From a bacterium (GTDB taxonomy: Bacteria > Patescibacteriota > Minisyncoccia > UBA6257 > Colwellbacteraceae): a DNA stretch of 64,000 bases. The position numbers and the translations under genes are program-made. Within the stretch, counting starts at the first letter, position 1; the number at the start of each line of letters is the position of its first letter. Below, in pieces: positions 1 through 9,652 of the stretch. Location of the stretch: positions 28,706 through 92,705 of the forward strand of contig JAKPNH010000007.1 of the NCBI GenBank assembly GCA_029548485.1, in the 5' to 3' direction. Below the pieces are notes generated by a model. That model was not told the origin of the DNA. It did not search any database and saw only the letters and a list, made by a program, of their open reading frames with translations.

Positions 1-77
1 AGCACGTATACTACCACTATACTACTCTCCGTTTGGTTTCCGCGGCAGCCGCATCGCGGCCGATAAGAGTCAATTTG

Positions 78-149
78 TGCCGCGAGAGGGAATCGAACCC
101 CCGACGCCATCCTCTTCAGGGATGCGCTCTACCACTGAGCTATCACGGC
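78..149 (-). tRNA. tRNA-Phe (anticodon GAA)
   Basis: Reverse complement folds as a cloverleaf. Acceptor GCCGTGA pairs with TCGCGGC, D-arm GCTC/AGTGGTAG/AGC, anticodon loop CTGAAGA, T-loop TTCGATT. CCA is not encoded. Confidence 0.8.
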
Positions 150-221
150 ATGAAATCAGGTTAGCATTTTCGGGGCGGCTTTTCAATCTCGAAAAAAGTG
201 TTGTAGAATGGCTTTGTCAAA

Positions 222-293
222 GCCCCTGTAGTTCAACGGATAGAACTGCGCACTCCTAACGCGCCAATCGAGGTTCAATTCCTCGTGGGGGCA
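222..293 (+). tRNA. tRNA-Arg (anticodon CCT)
   Basis: Acceptor GCCCCTG pairs with TGGGGGC (G-U pairs present). D-arm GTTC/AACGGAT/GAAC, anticodon loop CTCCTAA with U33 and A37, T-arm CGAGG-TTCAATT-CCTCG. Confidence 0.75.
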
Positions 294-322
294 CACGCTT
301 TTCCAAAAAAGCGTAGAACTAG

Positions 323-394
323 GCCCTCGTAGTTCAATGGACAGAACCGGAGACTTCTAATCTCTTAATGGGGGTTCGATTCCTCCCGAGGGCG
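323..394 (+). tRNA. tRNA-Arg (anticodon TCT)
   Basis: Acceptor GCCCTCG pairs with CGAGGGC. D-arm GTTC/AATGGAC/GAAC, anticodon loop CTTCTAA, T-arm GGGGG-TTCGATT-CCTCC. Confidence 0.8.
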
Positions 395-401
395 CAAACA
401 A

Positions 402-436
402 AACAAGCCCCGTGGCATGGCCAGGGCTTGTTTTAT
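402..436. terminator. Rho-independent terminator hairpin (bidirectional) after the tRNA cluster
   Basis: Stem AACAAGCCC pairs with GGGCTTGTT around a 13-nt loop and is followed by TTATT. Sits between the tRNA-Arg(TCT) 3' end and the stop of the minus-strand ORF 433-1044. Confidence 0.6.
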
Positions 437-1044
437 TGGAAATACTTGTTGAACTCCCTGATCAGGGTTTGGGCTCTCCGGTTCTGGCTGTTGATTTGCT
501 CCACCTGGGCGTTGACTTCTTCGAGAATGGAGGCGGTTCCCGCATTGAAATCCTTCGGAGAACTGCTTAAGAATTTCAAGCGCAGATGTTCCAAGAGGGT
601 CTGCAATCCGTCGTTGTAGCTCATCAGCTGGTTTACCAGAGTCATTTCCGCGGAAACGGCCTGCAAGCCGGCGGCCTGAGCCTGAACCGAGTTGACCTCG
701 CCGAGACCGGCGATCATTTTTTGAAGCTCGGAAAGAAGCCCGACGCATTTTTCCCTTATCTCGTTATTCCTCTTGATCTCGGTGATAACGAGATCAACGG
801 CCTCATAGTAATTTCCGGCTTTGTCCTCGCGGCTGATCGCCTCCAGATTGGCGGCGGCCTCGCTCGAAAGGCCGGTGATTTCTTCGGCGATGACCGAACT
901 CGCCGTCTTGGCCTCGAGAAGCTCCGGAGGGAATTCTATCTTTTTCTCCGAAGCGTAAAAATACAAAAAAACAGCGGCGGCAACCATGACGAGTCCGGAG
1001 ATTTTAAGCCAGAAAAGCGCCTGTTTCTTTGGCATATTCACCAT
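433..1044 (-). CDS. hypothetical membrane-anchored protein (single N-terminal TM helix, coiled/alpha-rich C-terminus)
   Basis: 203-aa ORF with an N-terminal hydrophobic segment (LFWLKISGLVMVAAAVFLYFY). No recognisable catalytic motif. Confidence 0.4.
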   Translation of the reverse strand: MVNMPKKQALFWLKISGLVMVAAAVFLYFYASEKKIEFPPELLEAKTASSVIAEEITGLSSEAAANLEAISREDKAGNYYEAVDLVITEIKRNNEIREKCVGLLSELQKMIAGLGEVNSVQAQAAGLQAVSAEMTLVNQLMSYNDGLQTLLEHLRLKFLSSSPKDFNAGTASILEEVNAQVEQINSQNRRAQTLIREFNKYFQ

Positions 1045-1126
1045 ATATTATGGGATTTCTTTACAAGAATCAAATCTTCGACTAACCTGAAATAAGTCGC
1101 GAAAATGTTCTGCGATCAAGGAAAAA

Positions 1127-1197
1127 GCGGGATTAGTATAGTGGCAGTACGCTACCTTGCCAAGGTAATGGCGCCGGTTCGATTCCGGTATCCCGCT
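1127..1197 (+). tRNA. tRNA-Gly (anticodon GCC)
   Basis: Acceptor GCGGGAT pairs with ATCCCGC. Anticodon loop TTGCCAA, T-arm CCGG-TTCGATT-CCGG. Confidence 0.8.
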
Positions 1198-1245
1198 CAT
1201 AATAAATAACCCCCGCCAAAGACGGGATTATTTTATTTGTACAGA

Positions 1246-1686
1246 TTAAGCCTCCAAAAATCCCTGGATAAACGAAGCGGCTAAAGTCAAAATAATAAGG
1301 CTGAATACCAAATAGCCCCAAAACGCCCAACGATTTTCGGAGTCCTTAAAATCTTCGAAACTGGACCACTTGTTCCTATTCCAGGACAATCTCCGGCTAT
1401 TCGTAATCTGGAAATACAGAAACCACGCGTAAAAACCTAAAATGATCAAAGCCAAGATTGATGACGCCACTGTTTCTTCGTCTCCCATAAGCCAAGTAAT
1501 AATATTCAGGCCTACAATGGCCGCGATAAAATCCCAATGGCCCCTGACGATCATGTTTAAAGGCCCGAAAACGGAAAAAGACGGCTTATAAAGATATTCC
1601 ATTTCTTTCTCCGACAACCCTGCTTTATCTTTAACCTCTGTTTTGTCAAACCATTTCATGGATTTATTATAGCAGATTGCGTCCAA
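1246..1686 (-). CDS. hypothetical integral membrane protein (3 predicted TM segments)
   Basis: 146-aa ORF with several hydrophobic stretches (IAAIVGLNIITWL, ILALIILGFYAWFLYF, WGYLVFSLIILTLAASFI). The true start may be M10. Confidence 0.4.
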   Translation of the reverse strand: MDAICYNKSMKWFDKTEVKDKAGLSEKEMEYLYKPSFSVFGPLNMIVRGHWDFIAAIVGLNIITWLMGDEETVASSILALIILGFYAWFLYFQITNSRRLSWNRNKWSSFEDFKDSENRWAFWGYLVFSLIILTLAASFIQGFLEA

Positions 1687-1746
1687 AAGCCAGCGATTGA
1701 TTAATTTTACAAATCCTCGGCGAACTTATAGACTGAAATGGTTTCC

Positions 1747-1820
1747 GGGAGTTTAGGTAAGTGGTATACCGGCGGTCTCCAAAACCGCGGTCGGGGGTTC
1801 GATTCCTCCAACTCCCGCCA
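1747..1820 (+). tRNA. tRNA-Trp (anticodon CCA), CCA encoded
   Basis: Acceptor GGGAGTT pairs with AACTCCC. Anticodon stem GCGGT/ACCGC with loop CTCCAAA, T-arm GGGGG-TTCGATT-CCTCC, discriminator G followed by CCA. Confidence 0.8.
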
Positions 1821-1831
1821 ACAATAAAAAC

Positions 1832-2155
1832 ATGAGCAATCTCAGCCTTAAAGAAAATCCGACCCTGCGTGATTTTCAAGAATACGTCGAAAAGATGGTC
1901 AAAGAGCGCGGATTCGAGGGCCAGCCCATTTCGGAAATATTCATGCTTTTCCTGGAAGAATGTGGAGAAATGGCTAAAGCCAGCCGAAAAACGCTCAAAA
2001 TGAAGATCGACAAAAATTCGGAAGAATTCCGGCTGGACCACGAGATCGCCGATGTTTTCATATATCTTTTGGACATCTGCAATCGTTTCGACGTCGATCT
2101 CGAGAAATCATTCCGGGAAAAAGAAGAAACCAATAAAAAAAGGGTTTGGAAGTAA
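1832..2155 (+). CDS. MazG-like nucleotide pyrophosphohydrolase (all-alpha NTP-PPase)
   Basis: 107-aa protein with the EExGE...E..D arrangement (LFLEECGEMAKA ... HEIADVFIYLLDICNRFDVDLEK) typical of the MazG/HisE-like NTP pyrophosphatase fold. Confidence 0.55.
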   Translation: MSNLSLKENPTLRDFQEYVEKMVKERGFEGQPISEIFMLFLEECGEMAKASRKTLKMKIDKNSEEFRLDHEIADVFIYLLDICNRFDVDLEKSFREKEETNKKRVWK

Positions 2156-2194
2156 AAACCTGAGCTTTATCATAAAATCCGCCCTGACGGAATT

Positions 2195-3391
2195 TTATTT
2201 AACGATCTTCTTGAATTTCCTTTTTCCGACCTGAAGAACGATTCCCTTAGTCGGGATTTCGATTGTTTGGTAGGGGTCGTTGATTTTCTTCTCGTCGACG
2301 CTCACCCCGCCTTGCTCGATCAAGCGCTTGGCCTCGCTCCGGCTCGCGGCCATTTCCGCGGCCACGATCAAATCGACGATATTCGTTTTCGGGAAAGGAG
2401 CCTTGAATGTCTCGATATCGAGAGGAACCTCTTTTTCCCTGAAAACCCTGTTAAAATGGCTTTCCGCCCCTTTGGCGGCCTCGTCTCCGTGGTAATAAGC
2501 CGTGATTTCCCAAGCCAGTTTGGCTTTGGCATCACGGGGATTGTTTGAGGCGACGATACTTTCTATTTCCTCCTCGGGCAGATCGGTGCAAAGCAGAAAA
2601 TACTTAGGGATCAGCTTGTCGTCGACGGCCATCACTTTGCCGTACATGTCGTTCGGCTCGTCGGAGATGTTGATGACATTCCCCCAGCTCGTCGACATTT
2701 TCCTTCCGTCGGTGCCTTCGAGCATTTCGTTTACTAAAATATCCTGCTCTTTTTTACCGTAGTATTTCTGGATCGTCCGGCCGGCCATGAGGTTGAAAAG
2801 CTGGTCGGTGCCGCCCAATTCGACGTCGGCTTTGATGGCCACGCTGTCATAACCCTGCATCAGAGGATACAAGAATTCGCGCAAACTGATTTCCTCGCGG
2901 CGAGAGAAGCGGTCCTTGAAATTGCGGCGTTCGAGCATCTGGAGAACGGAAAAGCTCTCCGCCAGGTTGGCTATTTCTTTGAAATTGAGCTTGCGGAGCC
3001 AGTCGTTGTTGTTCCTGAACTCGACTTTCCGAAGATCCAATATTTTTCCGAGCTGGCGCTTGTAATCGGTCATGTTCTTCCTCACCGCGGCTTCGGAAAG
3101 CATGGGCCGCTTGGACAGCTTGTCCGACGGATCGCCGATTTGGGCGGTGAATCCGCCGATCACGAGCACCACCTTGTGTCCCAAATCCTGGAACTCCCTC
3201 AATTTTCTCAAGGCCACGGCCCGACCGAGATGGATCTTCGCCCCGGTCGGATCGATGCCGAGCTTCACCCGCAAACGCTTTCCGGATTTCAAGGCTTTCT
3301 CCAGATGCTCGCGGTCGATAATCTCGGCCACCCCGCGCGATAAAAGGTCGGCGATTTTATCTTCCTTATTTGTTCTTTTTGATGATTTCAT
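2195..3391 (-). CDS. tyrS: tyrosine--tRNA ligase
   Basis: Class I aaRS. The HIGH-region variant ([10 protein letters not shown]) and KMSKS motif (KMSTSWGN) are both present, and the C-terminus is S4-like. Confidence 0.9.
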   Translation of the reverse strand: MKSSKRTNKEDKIADLLSRGVAEIIDREHLEKALKSGKRLRVKLGIDPTGAKIHLGRAVALRKLREFQDLGHKVVLVIGGFTAQIGDPSDKLSKRPMLSEAAVRKNMTDYKRQLGKILDLRKVEFRNNNDWLRKLNFKEIANLAESFSVLQMLERRNFKDRFSRREEISLREFLYPLMQGYDSVAIKADVELGGTDQLFNLMAGRTIQKYYGKKEQDILVNEMLEGTDGRKMSTSWGNVINISDEPNDMYGKVMAVDDKLIPKYFLLCTDLPEEEIESIVASNNPRDAKAKLAWEITAYYHGDEAAKGAESHFNRVFREKEVPLDIETFKAPFPKTNIVDLIVAAEMAASRSEAKRLIEQGGVSVDEKKINDPYQTIEIPTKGIVLQVGKRKFKKIVK

Positions 3392-3986
3392 CGATCAAGC
3401 CGTAATCTTTGGCCTCCTCGACGGAAAGCCAGAAATCCCGATCGCTGTCTTTTTCTATTTTGGCGAGCGGCTGGCCGGTCATTTTGGAAAGAAGCTGGTT
3501 CACTTTCTGCTTGGTTTTCAGGATCTGTTTGGCGGTGATTTCGATATCGGTCGCCTGGCCTTCGGCCGCGCCCATCACCTGGTGCAAAAGGATCTCCGAA
3601 TTGGGTAAAGCGAATCTCTTGCCCTTGGCTCCGGCCGCCAAAAGAAAAGCGGCGAAAGAAGCGGCCATGCCGACGCAATAGGTTTCCACAGTGGGACGGA
3701 CGAGCTGCATCGTGTCGTAGATGGCCAATCCGGCGGTAACCGATCCTCCCGGAGAATTGATGTAAAGCTTGATCGGCTTTTTCGGATCCTCGTAGTCGAG
3801 GAAAAGGAGCTGGGCGATTATCAAGTTGGCCACCTGGTCGTTGATCGGACCCCCGAGAAAAACGACCCGGTCTTTCAAGAGGCGGGAATAGATGTCGTAG
3901 GCCCGTTCGCCGTAGGTGCTTTTCTCGATGACCGTCGGCACCAGGTATTGGTATCCTTCGGATTCGTTTTCCATGTTCTTGTTCAT
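3366..3986 (-). CDS. clpP: ATP-dependent Clp protease proteolytic subunit
   Basis: ClpP core with active-site Ser context [11 protein letters not shown] and a conserved His (LLHQ). Start chosen at the internal Met (MNKNMENES) so that the gene does not overlap nusA. The ORF-track ORF extends to 4085. Confidence 0.9.
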   Translation of the reverse strand: MNKNMENESEGYQYLVPTVIEKSTYGERAYDIYSRLLKDRVVFLGGPINDQVANLIIAQLLFLDYEDPKKPIKLYINSPGGSVTAGLAIYDTMQLVRPTVETYCVGMAASFAAFLLAAGAKGKRFALPNSEILLHQVMGAAEGQATDIEITAKQILKTKQKVNQLLSKMTGQPLAKIEKDSDRDFWLSVEEAKDYGLIDEIIKKNK

Positions 3987-3993
3987 GATTTTA

Positions 3994-5256
3994 TTAATCG
4001 TCTTCTCCGACGAACTTGGGGATGATTTTGGTTTCTTCAATTTTATCTTGTTTCGTGTCGCTGTCCAGAGCCTCCGGCAGAACATCCTCCTCTTCGGTAT
4101 CGGCGATGCCGCCTTCCTGGACTTCTTCCGGCCGCGACTGCGAGCGGACGTCGATTTTCATGCCGGTCAGCTTGGCGGCCAACCTGACGTTTTGCCCGCC
4201 TTTACCGATGGCGAGACTAAGCTGGTCTTCGGCCACGAGCACCTTGGCTTCCCTGCGCGGCAGTATTTCCACGCTCAAAGCTTTGGCCGGAGAAAGGGCG
4301 GCGGCCACGAACTTTTCCGGCTCTTCGGACCACTCGATGATGTCTATTTTCTCCTGCCCTCCGAGTTCGTTCGTCACCGCCATCACCCTGGTTCCCCTTT
4401 GCCCGACGCAAGAGCCAACCGGATCGACTCCCGGAACCTTGGAAGCGACGGCGATCTTGGTGCGGCTGCCGGGTTCCCGGGCGACGCCTTTTATTTCCAC
4501 AGTTCCGTCGTTGATCTCCGGAACTTCCAGCTCGAAAAGCCTGTTGATGAAACGCGGATGCGACCGGGAAAGAATGATACCCGGCTGGCCGCGGCGGTCT
4601 TCCTGGATGCTTAAAACGTAAAACCGCATCCGGTCGTTCACCCGGTAATGCTCCCCGGGAATGGATTCGTTGCCGAACATTACGCCCAAGGCCTTGCCGA
4701 TCTCCACGTAGACATTGCCCCGGTCGAAACGATGGATGATACCGGAAACGACCTTGCCTTCCTTATCTTTGAATTCCTGGAGGAGCATGTCTTTTTCCAC
4801 TTCTCGGAGCTTTTGCAGGATCACCTGCTTGGCGGCCTGGGCGGCGATGCGGCCGAAGTCGGTTCTCGGCTCGAGAGAGAACTCCAAATTATCGCCGACC
4901 TTGGCGTCGGGATTGATCTTCTTGGCTTCGTCGATGAAAATGTGCCTTTCCGGATTGTACCGAGGAAGCTTCGGCTCTTCGTCTTCGCTCCTCGTTTCGA
5001 CCGGCTGTTCTTCGGCCTGATCTTCGTCGGAGACGACTCTCACGGTACTCTCGTCCACCACCTCCTTCACCTGCCAAAAAGCCATCTCTCCGGTTTTTTG
5101 GTCGAGCTTGGCCTTGATGATCTCTCCCCTTTTGCCGTATTCCTTGCGATAGGCGGCGGCGATCGATTCTTCGATGACCGAGATTATTTTTTCCGGCTCG
5201 ATGCCTTTTTCCTTGGCCACCTGGCCGACGACCACCAATAATTGCTTTAAGTCCAT
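3994..5256 (-). CDS. nusA: transcription termination/antitermination factor NusA
   Basis: NusA N-terminal domain, S1 domain and KH domains ([23 protein letters not shown]). Confidence 0.9.
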   Translation of the reverse strand: MDLKQLLVVVGQVAKEKGIEPEKIISVIEESIAAAYRKEYGKRGEIIKAKLDQKTGEMAFWQVKEVVDESTVRVVSDEDQAEEQPVETRSEDEEPKLPRYNPERHIFIDEAKKINPDAKVGDNLEFSLEPRTDFGRIAAQAAKQVILQKLREVEKDMLLQEFKDKEGKVVSGIIHRFDRGNVYVEIGKALGVMFGNESIPGEHYRVNDRMRFYVLSIQEDRRGQPGIILSRSHPRFINRLFELEVPEINDGTVEIKGVAREPGSRTKIAVASKVPGVDPVGSCVGQRGTRVMAVTNELGGQEKIDIIEWSEEPEKFVAAALSPAKALSVEILPRREAKVLVAEDQLSLAIGKGGQNVRLAAKLTGMKIDVRSQSRPEEVQEGGIADTEEEDVLPEALDSDTKQDKIEETKIIPKFVGEDD

Positions 5257-5327
5257 TTTGTTTTTTATATTTTATCTCCGCCAAGCGGAAACTTTATCTT
5301 ATTTTACTTTCACTCGTTTTATTTATA

Positions 5328-5348
5328 AACCCCCGCGGAGCGGGGGTT
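5328..5348. terminator. GC-rich hairpin terminator downstream of the 5388-6605 minus-strand gene
   Basis: CCCCCGC-GGA-GCGGGGG stem-loop flanked by an A/T-rich tract. Confidence 0.5.
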
Positions 5349-5387
5349 AATGTCAATCAGTATACTCGCCTGATCTTGTTTGTCAAG

Positions 5388-6605
5388 TTAAATCCCGAGC
5401 CTCCTCACCGCTTCTTTGATGGCGTCGTAGGAAGTGGTTATCACCCAGTAGGTGTTTTCTCCGGACTGGAAAAAACCGTATTCGATCCTTTGGGAATTGG
5501 ACCCCCTGGCGAAGCGGACGGGCTTGGTCGGATCGATGCTGCCGTCGTCAAAGCTTCCGAAATTGCCGGTGTCGGTCAAGAAAATGTTGGCGAGCTGGGC
5601 CGATCCTTCAAACCTGGTGCCGATGGCCTCGTAAGCGTCGGCCGAGATTCCCGGCCTCACCCGGGCGATGACTCCCGGAAAAGGATTGGAAGAGGCGTTG
5701 TAATAGACGAAAGAGGTGAAATCCTCTTCGAAAGCGGCGACCAAATCAGGTTCCGGAATGTCTCCCGGAAAGACGACGTTCATATACACAGGGAAGGTGA
5801 TCGGGCCCGCATTGTCCGAAACCACCGTTTCGATGACGGTCGAAGGCTGGATCATCTCGCTCGGAATCTGGCTCAGCCTTTCTTTGATGTTCAAAAGGCT
5901 GATCGTTTCAAGCTGGATGTTCTCCGTTCGATCCGGCGCAATGGTGAAATACGAAGTGTGGATCCTCGCCGGCGCGACCACCTCTTCTTCCGGAAGCGGG
6001 GCCACGGGTTCTTCTTCGACGGGCGTACAAATTTCGCAAACCGGACACATTCTAGGCAAAATCACGTATCGGAAAGCCAAGAACAGTCCCGCGATCAAGA
6101 CCAAGCCGACGATGACGGCCGTGAGCCAGCCCCTTGACCTTCTCGGAGATCCGGGTTTGGAACCGCCGGCAAGATTCACCACGTCCGGAGTGAAGACCGG
6201 TTCGTTCGGTCCGGCCGGAGCAGTCGAAAGAATCTGGGGAACGGCTTCGCTGCCGCCGGTCGTGCGCAAAGATTCCGCGTCCGAGGCCATGGTCCTGACG
6301 CCCATATCGGGCGCGGAAGGCGGCGGAGGCACGGGCGCGGCCGGAGCCGGACTCGCCTGAATAAACGGCTGGTTCATCGGCTGCGGCTGGCTCGGTTGGG
6401 TGAACGAAGCCGGCTGCGGAGGAATATTAAAAGCCTGGTTCACCGGAGTCGGAGACGACGGAAACTGATCGGTCGGCGAAGGCATCGAAGCCGGCGTCGA
6501 TCCGAAAGGAGCCGGATTGAACGACGACGGAGCCGCGCCGAACGGAGGATTTGGTTGATTTTGACCGGACGACAGATTCGAAGGAAAATTTTGTTGGCTA
6601 TCCAT
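5388..6605 (-). CDS. hypothetical proline-rich membrane protein (low-complexity P/Q/S-rich N-terminal half, one TM helix)
   Basis: 405 aa. The N-terminus is Pro/Gln/Ser-rich (PxxP repeats). A TM segment (WLTAVIVGLVLIAGLFLAF) is followed by a Cys cluster (CPVCEIC) and a globular C-terminal domain. Confidence 0.45.
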   Translation of the reverse strand: MDSQQNFPSNLSSGQNQPNPPFGAAPSSFNPAPFGSTPASMPSPTDQFPSSPTPVNQAFNIPPQPASFTQPSQPQPMNQPFIQASPAPAAPVPPPPSAPDMGVRTMASDAESLRTTGGSEAVPQILSTAPAGPNEPVFTPDVVNLAGGSKPGSPRRSRGWLTAVIVGLVLIAGLFLAFRYVILPRMCPVCEICTPVEEEPVAPLPEEEVVAPARIHTSYFTIAPDRTENIQLETISLLNIKERLSQIPSEMIQPSTVIETVVSDNAGPITFPVYMNVVFPGDIPEPDLVAAFEEDFTSFVYYNASSNPFPGVIARVRPGISADAYEAIGTRFEGSAQLANIFLTDTGNFGSFDDGSIDPTKPVRFARGSNSQRIEYGFFQSGENTYWVITTSYDAIKEAVRRLGI

Positions 6606-6635
6606 ACCCTAATGATAGCACAACAAAATATTTTT

Positions 6636-8744
6636 TTATTTGGATTGTGTGGATAATTGCTTCACCGAGAGGGCGATCTTGCCGTCTTCGACGCGGATCA
6701 CTTTGGCGCGGAGGAAATCGCCGACTTTAACAACGTCATTTATATTCTTCACGAAACCGTCTTTGAATTCCGAAATATGGATCATGCCGTCGCGGCCTCC
6801 TCCCAAATCGAGGATGGCTCCGAAGTCGAGCAGACGAACAACGTTCCCCTCGACGATCTCTCCGACTTCGTATTCTTTGGTCAGACTTTCTATTTCCGCC
6901 ACCGCTTTCAAGGCGGCTTCTTTGGTGTCGGCGGCCACGAAGACTTTTCCGGTTTGTTCGATGTCGATCGTCAAAGCCTTGGTCCTCTCGATGATGGCGT
7001 TGATCGTTTTGCCTCCGGGACCGATGACCTCGCCGATCTTGTCGGGATCGATATGGATAACCATCACCTGCGGCGCGTACGGAGAAAGCTCTTTCGGGGA
7101 CTTGATGGTCTTTGCCATGGCTTCCAGTATCCTCGTCCGCGCTTCCCGCGCCTGAACAAAGGTCTTTTCGACGATCTCCAAATCAACGCCCCAAATTTTG
7201 ACGTCCATTTGGACGGCGTTCACACCTTCGGCCGTGCCGGCCACCTTGAAATCCATGTCTCCGTGATGGTCTTCCGGCCCCTGGATGTCGGTCAAAATCT
7301 TGTAATCGCCTTTTTCGTTGGACATGAGCCCCATGGCGATGCCGGCGGCCGGCTTTTTGATGGGCACGCCCGCGTCCATCAAGGACATGCTTCCGGCGCA
7401 GACCGTGGCCATCGAAGAAGATCCGTTCGAAGAAAGGATCTCGGAAACGACGCGGATGGTGTAAGGAAATTCGTCTTGCGTTGGGATTAGCGGACGCAAA
7501 GCTTTTTCCGCCAAGGCGCCGTGGCCGATGTCGCGGCGTCCCGGTCCCCGGTAAGAGCCGGTTTCGCCGACCGAATACGGCGGAAAATTGTAATGGAGCA
7601 TGAAACGCCTTTTACCGGAATATTCCATGGTCTCGATAAGCTGTTCCGCTCCGGGCGCGGCCAGAGTGGTCACCGCCAAGGCCTGGGTGTTGCCGCGGAT
7701 GAAAATGGCCGAACCGTGAGTGCGCGGCAAAAGGCCGGTTTCGGTGTAAAGATCCCTCACCTCGTCGAGTTTGCGGCCGTCCGGACGCATCTCTTTTTCC
7801 AAAATGTTCTTATGGACCAATTCATCCAAAGCTTTGTTGAACAAAGCTCCGGCGGCGGACATGTCCGCACCGGAAAATCCTTTTTCGATAAGGTGATCCG
7901 CCATTTCGTCCTCGAGGCCGGAAAGCTTTTGCTCGCGATCGGTTTTCTCCTTGATGTAGACCGCTTTTTCCAATCTGGTTTCCAAGAATCCGGAAACCGC
8001 TTTTTTGAGCTCCGCGTCCGGTTCGGCCAATTTGACGTCGGCTTTTTTCTTGCCGATTTCTTTGATGATTTCTTTCTGGAAATCGACCAAACCCTCGATT
8101 TCTTTCAAAGCTACGGCGTAGGCTTCGACGATTTCTTTTTCTTCGGCGTCGTTGCCTTCGAGCTCGATCATGTTGATCTTGCCGTTCAAGCCGGCGACAA
8201 AGCTTTCGAATCTCACTTCGGGGTTGTCGGTCGTCTCGACGTGCGAAGGATTGATGACTATGCGGTCCCCGATCTTGGCCACTTTGACTCCGGCGATCGG
8301 GCCTCCCCAGGGAATGTCGGAAATCCCCAAAGCGGTCGAGGCGGCCATCAAGGCGATGAAATCCGGCTCGTTTATTTCGTCGATCGAAAGAATGGTCACC
8401 ACCACCTGGATGTCGCGGCGGAGCCTCTGGTCGAAAAGCGGCCTGATGCTGCGGTCAACCAAGCGGCCGGAAAGAATGGCGTCCTCGGAGGGCCGGCCTT
8501 CGCGACGGACAAAACGGCTGCCGATGATCTTGCCGGCGGCGTAGAATTTTTCTTCGTAATCGACGGTGAGCGGCATGTAGTCGATTTCCCTGTCTGACTT
8601 GCCCATGACCGTCGTCACCAAGACGGTCGTGCCGCCGTAGGTGGCGAAAACCGCGGCGTCGGTCTGTTCGGCCAAGCGGGAGACTTCGATTTTCAAGTCG
8701 CGGCCGGCGATGTTCTTGATAAAAACTTTCTTGTTCAATTCCAT
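6636..8744 (-). CDS. pnp: polyribonucleotide nucleotidyltransferase (PNPase)
   Basis: Two RNase PH domains plus C-terminal KH and S1 domains. Lies directly downstream of rpsO (classic rpsO-pnp arrangement). Confidence 0.95.
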   Translation of the reverse strand: MELNKKVFIKNIAGRDLKIEVSRLAEQTDAAVFATYGGTTVLVTTVMGKSDREIDYMPLTVDYEEKFYAAGKIIGSRFVRREGRPSEDAILSGRLVDRSIRPLFDQRLRRDIQVVVTILSIDEINEPDFIALMAASTALGISDIPWGGPIAGVKVAKIGDRIVINPSHVETTDNPEVRFESFVAGLNGKINMIELEGNDAEEKEIVEAYAVALKEIEGLVDFQKEIIKEIGKKKADVKLAEPDAELKKAVSGFLETRLEKAVYIKEKTDREQKLSGLEDEMADHLIEKGFSGADMSAAGALFNKALDELVHKNILEKEMRPDGRKLDEVRDLYTETGLLPRTHGSAIFIRGNTQALAVTTLAAPGAEQLIETMEYSGKRRFMLHYNFPPYSVGETGSYRGPGRRDIGHGALAEKALRPLIPTQDEFPYTIRVVSEILSSNGSSSMATVCAGSMSLMDAGVPIKKPAAGIAMGLMSNEKGDYKILTDIQGPEDHHGDMDFKVAGTAEGVNAVQMDVKIWGVDLEIVEKTFVQAREARTRILEAMAKTIKSPKELSPYAPQVMVIHIDPDKIGEVIGPGGKTINAIIERTKALTIDIEQTGKVFVAADTKEAALKAVAEIESLTKEYEVGEIVEGNVVRLLDFGAILDLGGGRDGMIHISEFKDGFVKNINDVVKVGDFLRAKVIRVEDGKIALSVKQLSTQSK

Positions 8745-8745
8745 G

Positions 8746-9288
8746 TTATCGGTTCCTCTGAATCGGTTTTTTCGAGCGCGACGATCTGAACGTTATCCGC
8801 GGCATTTTTTCCAAGTCGTAAAATCCGTCGGCTTCTTCTTTCAGTTTGCCCGAAGCGGTCTTGGAAAAAGCGGCCACTTCCACGGCTTTGCCGAATCCCC
8901 ATTTCAAATAATGGACGAGCGGCAGAAAATCGCCGTCTCCGGTGACGAGAACGATGACGTCGAGCGAGTCCGCCAGCCTGATGGCGTCGACGGCCATGCC
9001 CACGTCCCAATCGGCTTTTTTGGTTCCGTCCGGGAAAATCTGGATCTCTTTGCTCCGGAGCTCGATCCCGGTTTTTTCCAAAGCTTCGAAGAAAAGCTCT
9101 TCCCCGGTCTGGGGATCGCTCGAAACGACATAGGCGATGGCCCGGATCAGCTTCCGGCCGTCGGTCAGGTTTTTGATGAGTTCGGAATAATTGACCCTCG
9201 CTCCGTAGAGATTCCTCGCGGAGTGGTAAAGATTCTGGATATCGATAAAAATGCCGATCCTCTGGTCAGAATGTTTTATAAAAGCCAT
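8746..9288 (-). CDS. NYN-domain (LabA-like / DUF88) putative ribonuclease
   Basis: GIFIDIQNLYHSAR ... VLVTGDGDFLPLV matches the NYN/LabA-like PIN-related fold. Confidence 0.65.
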   Translation of the reverse strand: MAFIKHSDQRIGIFIDIQNLYHSARNLYGARVNYSELIKNLTDGRKLIRAIAYVVSSDPQTGEELFFEALEKTGIELRSKEIQIFPDGTKKADWDVGMAVDAIRLADSLDVIVLVTGDGDFLPLVHYLKWGFGKAVEVAAFSKTASGKLKEEADGFYDLEKMPRITFRSSRSKKPIQRNR

Positions 9289-9289
9289 T

Positions 9290-9517
9290 TTATTTGGCGG
9301 CCTTGGCCGCGAGATAATGCTCCAATTTGCGCCTCTTGCTCACCATTTTGAGCAAGCCCCGTCGGGAATGGACGTCTTTGGGGTGCTTTTTCAGATGAGC
9401 GGTCAGTTCGTCGATCTGCTTGTCCAAAAGCCCGACCTGGACCTGGATCGATCCGGTGTCGGTTTCGTGAATCCCCTTGGTCTTGATGATGATTGATTTT
9501 TTGCGGGGTGTAAGCAT
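9290..9517 (-). CDS. rpsO: 30S ribosomal protein S15
   Basis: 75 aa. The conserved segment [32 protein letters not shown] matches S15. Confidence 0.9.
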   Translation of the reverse strand: MLTPRKKSIIIKTKGIHETDTGSIQVQVGLLDKQIDELTAHLKKHPKDVHSRRGLLKMVSKRRKLEHYLAAKAAK

Positions 9518-9652
9518 GAGTTGTTTTGATTTTCTTAAGATTAACCCAGGATTCGATTTTTTTCAAGAGGGAACGATTTTCCCTTTCCGTCAAATCGATT
9601 CCCGGACTCGGCCGGCTTCAATGTTTTGCGACAAACATGATAAAATCAAGCG

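Noticed and set aside
1-76. Possible truncated RNA gene at the window start
   Set aside because: No recognisable tRNA, rRNA or tmRNA structure could be folded by eye from the 76 nt available.
5376-8597. Long plus-strand ORFs (5376-6137, 5716-6360, 6657-7490, 7521-8597) antisense to the Pro-rich gene and pnp
   Set aside because: They lie entirely within well-supported minus-strand genes. The translations are Arg/Gly/Asp-rich low-complexity sequences typical of antisense frames in GC-rich coding DNA.
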